Below, piece after piece: positions 36,149-42,838 of a DNA stretch of 47,673 bases (position 1 is the first letter of the stretch; every line of letters starts with the position of its first letter). Both the position numbers and the translations under genes were made by a program. The notes beneath the pieces are model-generated. The model did no database searches and had not been told where the DNA came from. It saw only the letters and a program-made list of their open reading frames with translations. The DNA lies in assembly GCA_021371895.1 (NCBI GenBank), contig JAJFVI010000142.1, positions 1 through 47,673 on the forward strand, read 5' to 3'. Source of the stretch: Eubacteriales bacterium. Its GTDB lineage: Bacteria; Bacillota; Clostridia; Christensenellales; Aristaeellaceae.

Positions 36149-37027
36149 CTAGTGGATACGGTTCAGCAACTGGAGCAGGTCGTGTGTGGTAAAGGTGTAT
36201 TTTTGATTGCAGAAATGGCATATCAATTCCGCGCCGTCCACCTCGTCGGCGATGATGCTCTTTAACTCAACCTCGCCAAGCGAGATCAGCGCGCGTTCCA
36301 TGCGCCGGCGGGAGCAGCCACAGCGGTAGCTTAAGGGAACGTCCTGTAACGCCACGGGATTAAGCCCCGAAAACCACTGATGCATCAGCGCTTCCACAGT
36401 GCTATAACGCAACTCGGAAGCAATTTCCCCAAAGATGGGGGAGCGTAGCTCCAGAGGATCGATTACCCCGTCGGGGCAATCCGGCAGGGGCTGCAGCAAC
36501 ACCCCGCCCGCCGAAGTAACTTCCGCATCAGAGGCGATCACGCCCAAGCTGACCAGTGACGGGCTTTGCTCGCTTTGCACGTAGTAATAGGCCAGATCGG
36601 CGGCAATCTCACCGGATTGCAGCTCCGTCTGCCCGATGTAGGGCGATTTCAGGCGCAAATCCTTGACCACGCTCATGCGTCCGTGCCGACCCACCGCGCG
36701 CCCCACGTCCAGCATACCGTCGCGCAGGGGAAGCCGCACGTTTGGGTTGGTCACCAACCCGCGCACGGTCTCGCCGTCGCCGACGCAGAGGATTTTGCCA
36801 AGCGGGCCGTCGCCGTCGATGGTGAAGGTAACGGAAGCGCCCGGTTCCTTAAGTGTGGCGGCCAGCATAAGCGTGCCCGTGAGCGCCCGCCCAAGCGCCG
36901 CCGCAGCTACGGCGGTCGCTCCGTGCAGGCGTTGCGCCTCCCCGACCGTCTGGGTGGAGCGGATGATCAGCCCGCGCACTGCGCCGTCGGCCAAGGTGAA
37001 ATGCAATACCGAATCCTGATTCTCCAT
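36149..37027 (-). CDS. hslO: Redox-regulated chaperone Hsp33
   Basis: 292 aa. The C-terminal zinc centre is CGCS...CHFCNQKYTF. The N-terminal body is Hsp33-like. Confidence 0.9.
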   Translation of the reverse strand: MENQDSVLHFTLADGAVRGLIIRSTQTVGEAQRLHGATAVAAAALGRALTGTLMLAATLKEPGASVTFTIDGDGPLGKILCVGDGETVRGLVTNPNVRLPLRDGMLDVGRAVGRHGRMSVVKDLRLKSPYIGQTELQSGEIAADLAYYYVQSEQSPSLVSLGVIASDAEVTSAGGVLLQPLPDCPDGVIDPLELRSPIFGEIASELRYSTVEALMHQWFSGLNPVALQDVPLSYRCGCSRRRMERALISLGEVELKSIIADEVDGAELICHFCNQKYTFTTHDLLQLLNRIH

Positions 37028-37094
37028 GGATGCTCCTTATGCTGTAAAATGTAGCGAGGCGCACCTGCCGCGCTCCGGGGCGGATGGCGCTGCG

Positions 37095-37859
37095 TTACGG
37101 CGTATCCGGAGCCGCCTGGGGCTTGCACGCGGCGAAGTGCCAACGCTGCGCGGTCGGCTTGGGCGGGATGAAAGTCGCGTTCCCAAAAACGCGGATAGCC
37201 GTAAATCCCGCCTGCGCAAGCAGGGCTGTCAGCGCTTCCTGACTATAGGCATACTGTATCTGCCGTTCGCTGATGCGTTGGTAGTTTTCCCCCTGGGTAT
37301 GGGTGAAAACGGACAGATCCATGTACACGCTTTCGTTCTCGGGATGGTAGGTGTTCTTCCACAGATAGGCGATCTCGGCCGTTTCGTCCCCGATGAAACG
37401 ATTGCCCAGGATATTTTTCAGCTTGTAGGGCGTGCTTACGTCGAAGGCCAGCACCCCGCCGGGGTCCAGCGCCGTCCACGCGGCCAGAAAGAATGCCAGC
37501 ACGTCGTCGGCTGAGGGCAGGTAGTTGACCCCGTCACAGGTACACAGCACCCCATCCATCCGGCGGTGCAGGCGCAGCGCGCGCATATCCTGCCTGACAA
37601 AAGGGATCATCGTGCCCGCCCTGCGGGACTTCTGGCTGGCTTCAAACAGCATTTCTTCGGACAGGTCTACGCCGGTCATCTGGTAGCCCATACCGGCGAG
37701 GGGAATGGTGAGTCCTCCTGTGCCGCACGCGCACTCGCACACCTTGCCGGTGCGCAGCCCGTACAACGAAAGAAGCGACTGATAATAAGCCGCCCACGCC
37801 GGATAGTCCACATCGACCATCAGCCGGTCGTAGACGGATGCGAAGGCCGTATACATCAA
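37095..37859 (-). CDS. Class I SAM-dependent methyltransferase
   Basis: 254 aa. Motif I is VCECACGTGGLTIPLA, followed by GVDLSEEML. Confidence 0.8.
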   Translation of the reverse strand: MMYTAFASVYDRLMVDVDYPAWAAYYQSLLSLYGLRTGKVCECACGTGGLTIPLAGMGYQMTGVDLSEEMLFEASQKSRRAGTMIPFVRQDMRALRLHRRMDGVLCTCDGVNYLPSADDVLAFFLAAWTALDPGGVLAFDVSTPYKLKNILGNRFIGDETAEIAYLWKNTYHPENESVYMDLSVFTHTQGENYQRISERQIQYAYSQEALTALLAQAGFTAIRVFGNATFIPPKPTAQRWHFAACKPQAAPDTP

Positions 37860-37922
37860 AGCGTCACCTCAATCCAGCTTGCGTGTGTCCCCGCCGCCCG
37901 TGCTTCCACGGGCGTGGCCCTG

Positions 37923-38915
37923 TCACGGTTGCGGATTGCTGCCGTCCTGTCCGTCTTCTTCGTCCTCATCAGTTTCCACATAGAGGCCTCGGTTGAGTTG
38001 CGCGCCTTCGATTTTTACGTTGATGTACTTATCAAACACGGCGTTTGTGTAGCTGGCAGCCACGAACCGGCTGAGAGAAAAACCCAAAAGCACGTAGTAG
38101 AGGATGCAGATCATCAGCGCCCATTGGAAATACGGCGTCAGATAGCTGACTACCGCAGCGATCAGCACAGGCACGATGGAAAGCAACTTCAGCCCCACCG
38201 TGATCGGCAAACGACCGATGGTTAAAAGGAGGCTGTTGCGCAGCACGTCGCGGTAGCGGAGGTGGTAGGTAACGATCAGCGGGTAGGTGTACATCAGGCT
38301 CATCAGCCACACAATGCCCAGCAGAAGCGTCAGCACCTGCGGAATGATATAGAGCGTATTGCTTTGCGCCATCTGCCCGTAAAACGACCAACATACGTAC
38401 ACGATCACCGGCACAAATCCCGTGATGACGCTGGTGATGAGCCCCTGCTTCCAGTTTTCCTTTACGGCGTCCTTATAATCACCCCACAGAAAGGCGTGCT
38501 CGTCGCGTGCCCAGTTGCGGGTTACCAGGCTGATGCCTGCCGTAAACGGACCCGTAATGGCAAGCGCCGGGATTAAGAATAGCAGCCCCTGGAATGCTAT
38601 TGACTTTATGGCGTCCACGTACAGCGCCTGTTGCGTGGCAAACTCCGCAGCCGCCAGCGTACCCGCGTCCAACTGAGCCTGCATGTCGGCCAGATTGACC
38701 GTGGCCGAGTAGAACATAAGCACATGGAAGCCGATCACCAGCAGCGCCGGAAGCCAGCTTAGCATATACAACAAATTTAACCGCATCAACCCACTGAAGC
38801 GCGTGCGCAGCGTCTCCCAGAAAAGCTGGGTGCGGGTTCCGGGCAGATCCTCGTGGGTGTAATCCCCCTTACCGCTCTTTCCGTAGAAGTAACCATTCAT
38901 GAATTTTCCAAACAT
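37923..38915 (-). CDS. DUF624 (YesL-like) multi-pass membrane protein
   Basis: 330 aa. The N-terminus (FWETLRTRFSGLMRLNLLYMLSWLPALLVIG) and several TM segments resemble the YesL/DUF624 family. It has an acidic C-terminal tail. Confidence 0.65.
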   Translation of the reverse strand: MFGKFMNGYFYGKSGKGDYTHEDLPGTRTQLFWETLRTRFSGLMRLNLLYMLSWLPALLVIGFHVLMFYSATVNLADMQAQLDAGTLAAAEFATQQALYVDAIKSIAFQGLLFLIPALAITGPFTAGISLVTRNWARDEHAFLWGDYKDAVKENWKQGLITSVITGFVPVIVYVCWSFYGQMAQSNTLYIIPQVLTLLLGIVWLMSLMYTYPLIVTYHLRYRDVLRNSLLLTIGRLPITVGLKLLSIVPVLIAAVVSYLTPYFQWALMICILYYVLLGFSLSRFVAASYTNAVFDKYINVKIEGAQLNRGLYVETDEDEEDGQDGSNPQP

Positions 38916-38967
38916 AAACCGTACCTCCCCTGTGTGCCGCGCGCATGACGCTAACGACCGTTAAAAT

Positions 38968-38996
38968 ATTATACCATGTTTTTGTTCAATCCACAA
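38968..38996 (-). promoter_or_regulatory. Candidate promoter of the DUF624 gene
   Basis: The minus strand reads TTGTGG, N17, then TGgTATAAT (TATAAT at 38973-38968). It lies about 50 nt upstream of the ATG at 38915. Confidence 0.45.
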
Positions 38997-39087
38997 CCAG
39001 CGCAAGTCCAGCATTTTCAACGTTCTTTGAACTTTTTCCACCCGTAAATTATGCTAAAGTTGCGCCCATTAGTAACAGGTTAGTATC

Positions 39088-39243
39088 TTAGTTTACGGCA
39101 GCTTCCGCGTCCTGCGCAGCCTGTTTCATGGCGCTTCGCACCTCGTCGGGCGATACGCCGGGGGCAACGCACACGGTTACCGTAACCTTCCCGGAATCCG
39201 TAAAACTTAACATGGTCATGTCGGGTTTTTCTTCATCAACCAT
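39088..39243 (-). CDS. Small hypothetical phage ORF (51 aa, not in the ORF track)
   Basis: My hand translation reads MVDEEKPDMTMLSFTDSGKVTVTVCVAPGVSPDEVRSAMKQAAQDAEAAVN. The ATG at 39243 overlaps the upstream stop (ATGGTTGA) and is preceded by GGAGGA. Confidence 0.35.
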   Translation of the reverse strand: MVDEEKPDMTMLSFTDSGKVTVTVCVAPGVSPDEVRSAMKQAAQDAEAAVN

Positions 39244-39577
39244 TGCCTTCATCCTCCGTGCCGTCCGTCGTAGGGGGGAAAATCAGCGGAGAAATAACGC
39301 CGTTCCAAACGGCGCATACTCCGGCGCTGATTGCCGTGCCCAGCAAGCTAATCAATGCGCTTCCGAAAGCATCCCCGGAAAGCGCCCATAGCGCCGGGAA
39401 CGACGTGGTAAAAATACCCGTGGCCGATTGCCAGAACGTTTTCATCGTGCGCACCCATACGTCACGGGTGCGAATTCTCGCCCAGATTTCAGCAAACGTC
39501 TTTCCGGTGGAAGCAATCGCCGCTCTGATCTTGGCAGGCACAAAGGCCGTGTACATTTTCAGCAAAAACTGTTTCAT
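39236..39577 (-). CDS. Putative holin / phage membrane protein
   Basis: 113 aa with hydrophobic segments (GIFTTSFPALWAL and ALISLLGTAISAGVCAVW). It sits in the lysis cassette, and its start is ATGA-coupled to the upstream gene. Confidence 0.45.
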   Translation of the reverse strand: MKQFLLKMYTAFVPAKIRAAIASTGKTFAEIWARIRTRDVWVRTMKTFWQSATGIFTTSFPALWALSGDAFGSALISLLGTAISAGVCAVWNGVISPLIFPPTTDGTEDEGNG

Positions 39578-39888
39578 TCCGTTTCTCCTTTCGCCGTCCT
39601 GCGGCCGGAAGTAAGATCGTCCAGTCGCTTGTGCGCTTGTTTGGTGCTTTGCTCACAGGCAATAAGTCGTTCGCGCGTTTCTTTGGATTCGTTGCTCATT
39701 ACACCCATGCTGGTTTTAATTTCGCTTACATCGGTGCGTATAAAATCCAATTTGACTGACACCATGGTCATATCCGCGCCTTCTTTTTGAGCATCTGTTC
39801 GGTCGTTCCGGCGCTTGGTTGCCAATCCGAAATAAAGCGCGACCGCTACCGACAAGGTACCAAGCAGTACAGATATTTCAATTGTCAT
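39574..39888 (-). CDS. Phage membrane protein (N-terminal TM plus coiled coil), possible lysis accessory or holin-like
   Basis: MTIEISVLLGTLSVAVALYFGLATKRR is followed by a charged helical region. I use the ATG at 39888 because the longer ORF-track version (to 40218) would overlap the endolysin gene. Confidence 0.45.
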   Translation of the reverse strand: MTIEISVLLGTLSVAVALYFGLATKRRNDRTDAQKEGADMTMVSVKLDFIRTDVSEIKTSMGVMSNESKETRERLIACEQSTKQAHKRLDDLTSGRRTAKGETE

Positions 39889-39913
39889 AGCATCCCGTCC
39901 AGTCCTTGTCTTT

Positions 39914-40714
39914 TTACATCTGAATGAAGTTCTTCTGGCACCATCTGGCCGAACCAAGCCAGTACACCTTGTAATAGTTGCCCTTTTCCCCAAGCACCTG
40001 CACGCGCGTGCCGTTGGGAATGCTGTATTTCCAAATGGCGGTTTTTTCGGGTTTTTCCCGCGCCTTGACGGGGTTGCCGTCGGGCGTAACCACCACGCCG
40101 TAGGTTTGCGTAACGGGGGTTGTGGCAACGGTTGCGCTTGCAACACCTTCGGTTTGTTCCGCATCGCCAATAGCGGCGGTTTCACCAAGTACCGTTGCGC
40201 CCCCGGTATAGTTCGCATCGCCCATGAGCGCCGCCTTTTGCGCAGCAGTCAGCCCGCAATCAATCCATTCAGACCATCCAACCATGTTCCATCCACCGTT
40301 GGGCACCGCCGTGCGGCCGTTGAACTTTGTGGAAATTGTAACGCCACCAACAGACGCGGAACTGTTAAACGTTTGGCCGTTGCCCATGTAAATGCCAATG
40401 TGATCCGCGTTTCCGTATCCGTCCCCGGCGTATTTCGCAGGTTCGCCGCTGGAAAGCACAATGAACATCATGAATCCGGCAGGTACTTCGCGTACCTTTA
40501 GAAGCTCGCACAGCCGTTCCGGCGTACCGCGCCAAAGGCATTTGCGATAGTGGGCATTGCTTCCCGCAAGGTTGCATACGCTTGCGGATATGCCGCACCG
40601 GATCAGCGCTTGTTCCACCGCCGCTTGGCAATCCATCTGCGCGTATGTAATCCCTTCGGTCAACAGCTGTTTACAGGCCGCAATCAGCGCGGCATTGGTA
40701 ATCGTAGTTGCCAT
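39914..40714 (-). CDS. Endolysin: NlpC/P60 (C40) peptidase with a C-terminal SH3b-like domain
   Basis: The Cys context is YAQMDCQAAV and the His context is NADHIGIYMGNG. The C-terminal KAREKPEKTAIWKYSIPNGTRVQVLGEKGNYYKVYW is SH3b-like. Confidence 0.85.
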   Translation of the reverse strand: MATTITNAALIAACKQLLTEGITYAQMDCQAAVEQALIRCGISASVCNLAGSNAHYRKCLWRGTPERLCELLKVREVPAGFMMFIVLSSGEPAKYAGDGYGNADHIGIYMGNGQTFNSSASVGGVTISTKFNGRTAVPNGGWNMVGWSEWIDCGLTAAQKAALMGDANYTGGATVLGETAAIGDAEQTEGVASATVATTPVTQTYGVVVTPDGNPVKAREKPEKTAIWKYSIPNGTRVQVLGEKGNYYKVYWLGSARWCQKNFIQM

Positions 40715-40834
40715 GGGTTCTTTCTCCCCCTTCGCGTGTCAAGCAAAAAAGAAGCCTGTCAAAACGCATATAACGTTCATATAAGGCTTCTTTCTTGTCC
40801 TTTGATATTTCGGTCGTATCGAAAAACGCCCCCG

Positions 40835-40963
40835 TTATTCGCCAGCCAACGCGCCGCAATCAAGGTCGGTCAAAACTTCCCTCACCTGCTCTTTGATCAA
40901 CGCGGGTACGTCGGCAAACATCTTCTTACCTTTGATGATCAGTGTTGCGTAGATAATCGCCAT
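40835..40963 (-). CDS. Small CD1375/XkdX-like phage protein, copy 2
   Basis: MAIIYATLIIKGKKMFADVPALIKEQVREVL... starts at the ATG at 40963, preceded by GAGGTGA. It is paralogous to the adjacent 35-aa ORF. Confidence 0.55.
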   Translation of the reverse strand: MAIIYATLIIKGKKMFADVPALIKEQVREVLTDLDCGALAGE

Positions 40964-41003
40964 TTCTTTCACCTCATTTCGATAAAAAGTATAAAACCAC
41001 AGG

Positions 41004-41111
41004 TTAAGCGTCCAGTCCCAAAAGCGTTTCAACATCGGCTTTCAGCGTGGCGGGCACGTCCTCCAAGGTTTTCAAGCCTTTGCGGATCAGTTCGGCGTAT
41101 ATTTTCGCCAT
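41004..41111 (-). CDS. Small CD1375/XkdX-like phage protein, copy 1 (35 aa, not in the ORF track)
   Basis: My hand translation reads MAKIYAELIRKGLKTLEDVPATLKADVETLLGLDA. It shows the same IYAxLIxKGxK...DVPxxxK pattern as copy 2. Confidence 0.55.
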   Translation of the reverse strand: MAKIYAELIRKGLKTLEDVPATLKADVETLLGLDA

Positions 41112-41128
41112 GGTTTTTCACTCCTTCC

Positions 41129-41383
41129 TTACGGGGTTACCAGCAGTTCGTATACGTCGCACAGGGCAAGCTGGGTGTCGGTAAGTTGGGTTTCCAGTTG
41201 GGCGATATACTCATTCTTATCGTACTGCTTCAGGTCGTATTCGTACTCGGTACGGGGTTCCCCGTTTTCTCCCGCGTCACCAATAACAACGGGTACAACA
41301 TTTTCCGCGACCCATACGCTCGCTTCGTCCATCACCCGTGCTTCAGGCTGTACCGTGCTTCTGACTTTACCATGATCAGTCAT
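41129..41383 (-). CDS. Hypothetical phage protein (XkdW-like position)
   Basis: 84-aa ORF lying 4 nt downstream of the RT gene. It is acidic and ends in ...QLETQLTDTQLALCDVYELL. Confidence 0.5.
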   Translation of the reverse strand: MTDHGKVRSTVQPEARVMDEASVWVAENVVPVVIGDAGENGEPRTEYEYDLKQYDKNEYIAQLETQLTDTQLALCDVYELLVTP

Positions 41384-41386
41384 CTG

Positions 41387-42493
41387 TTATGCCACCTTTC
41401 TTTTCTTGATGTGGGTCATATAGTAATGAGCGCAATGCTTAGTCAGGGGCGTAATATATTTCTGTTGCAGCCGATAACTGTTACAGTGCGCCAACCACCC
41501 ATAATAGGAATTAACCGAACACCATTGAGAATAATTCATTTCTTCGCCGCGATCCGCTTTCAACTGAATCAGGCTCAATTTTGCTTTCATCTGCTTGCAG
41601 GTAGATTTTCTTAGCAGAGTGAAATTTAAATATATCCGATAGCCGACAAAATCAATACCCCGCACGAAGGTAGGAAACACTTGCCAGTTGGGTTTGATCG
41701 TCAGCTTTAATTTCTCTTGAAAATAGGTATCAATCTTTTTCTTCAGCAGGTGAAGGGCTTCTTTGTTGCTTCCCAAAATGACTACATCGTCCATGTATCG
41801 GAAATAGTATTTTACTTTGCATGTTTCTTTCATCCAGTGGTCAAAAGCGGAAAGGTAGAAGTTGCCGCCATATTGCGAATGGTAATTCCCTATCGGCAAG
41901 CCTTTGTGTTCGTTTGCTTCGGCTCGCAATCGCAACAAATCGTCTGGTTCTGCGGTATCAACGCTGTCAATAATTTCGTCCAGTGCCGCAAGCAGTTCTG
42001 CGTCTTTAAAAACCCTACGGTATTTCTGCTTTAGCACCCCGTGGTCTATGGATTGGTAAAAGTGCCGCACATCAAATTTCAGGCAATACTGTGTTCCCGG
42101 CACATCACTTTTAATGGCTTGCTTCACGTCCCGTAACGCTATGTGTATCCCTCTGCCCGGTATTGCGGAATAGGTTTTGGGGATCAGATTTTTCATTAAA
42201 ATAGGTTCAATCACCTGCAATATTGCCCATTGCGCGATTCGGTCAGGAAAGTAAGGCAGCTTGTATATTTTGCGAATTTTCCCGCCTTCGCGTTTTAGGA
42301 AAGTTTCGTAATTCGATGTTTTGAAAGTATGCTTCACAAGCATTTCCTGAAGCATCATCAGATAGTATTCCAAGTTTTGGTCAACGTCCAACACTTCTTG
42401 ATACCACCCTTTGCCTTTACGCGCGTGCAGGTGGGCAAGTTTCAAATTTTCCATGGCGCATACCTGATTCCACAGATTTCCGTATCTTTTCAC
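41387..42493 (-). CDS. DGR-type reverse transcriptase
   Basis: The RT motifs are present, including YFRYMDDVVILG (YMDD). The DGR-diagnostic motif GLPIGNYHSQ (I/LGxxxSQ) is also present. The likely start is the GTG at 42493 (VKRYGNLW...), preceded by AAAGGTG. The ORF track extends to a TTG at 42532. Confidence 0.9.
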   Translation of the reverse strand: MKRYGNLWNQVCAMENLKLAHLHARKGKGWYQEVLDVDQNLEYYLMMLQEMLVKHTFKTSNYETFLKREGGKIRKIYKLPYFPDRIAQWAILQVIEPILMKNLIPKTYSAIPGRGIHIALRDVKQAIKSDVPGTQYCLKFDVRHFYQSIDHGVLKQKYRRVFKDAELLAALDEIIDSVDTAEPDDLLRLRAEANEHKGLPIGNYHSQYGGNFYLSAFDHWMKETCKVKYYFRYMDDVVILGSNKEALHLLKKKIDTYFQEKLKLTIKPNWQVFPTFVRGIDFVGYRIYLNFTLLRKSTCKQMKAKLSLIQLKADRGEEMNYSQWCSVNSYYGWLAHCNSYRLQQKYITPLTKHCAHYYMTHIKKRKVA

Positions 42494-42668
42494 GTTTGCA
42501 CCTTTCGTGTATGCAGATTGCCGAACCTTCAACCTACCGATGGTTTACCAGCACGGCTTCTGAAACATTTTTCTGTTTTGCCAAGGGGCAGGGTAAACCG
42601 GATAGGCTATATTGAAGCCCCCTCTGGTTTGCGCCAAAGGGGGCGTTCAACCATTTTTGCATTGATCA

Positions 42669-42775
42669 AGCCGCCTGCTGATATTCCGATTGCGATTCGC
42701 TGACGTATTATTCACATTCAGATAGAACTCACTCGCATTACTGCCATTATTCCAATTACTGCCTAGTTTACAAAC
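42669..42775 (-). repeat. DGR template repeat (TR)
   Basis: 107 nt that align without gaps to 42867-42973 at an offset of 198. The coding-strand TR translates to VCKLGSNWNNGSNASEFYLNVNNTSANRNRNISRR and is rich in AAY Asn codons. Confidence 0.9.
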
Positions 42776-42838
42776 TAAAATAATGTTTTTTATGCGAATG
42801 GTTATCAGTTGGGCATATCCGGTTTACCCATGGTCAAA

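Noticed and set aside
39574-40218. Full 214-aa ORF-track version of the membrane-protein gene.
   Set aside because: Its N-terminal 110 aa overlap the endolysin coding region in another frame and are basic and Pro-rich. The internal ATG at 39888, right after the endolysin stop, gives a coherent protein with a TM segment and a coiled coil.
40747-40794. Hairpin AAAAGAAGCCT...AGGCTTCTTT between the XkdX-like genes and the endolysin, considered as a terminator.
   Set aside because: The loop is about 26 nt and the U tract overlaps the stem. It may be a weak terminator or an RNA-processing site, but it is not convincing enough to annotate.
41387-42532. RT gene as a retron or group II intron RT (possible defence retron).
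   Set aside because: The TR/VR pair shows adenine-only differences and the I/LGxxxSQ motif identifies a DGR RT. There is no msr/msd-like inverted repeat structure, no effector gene, and no intron RNA domains or maturase/endonuclease extension.
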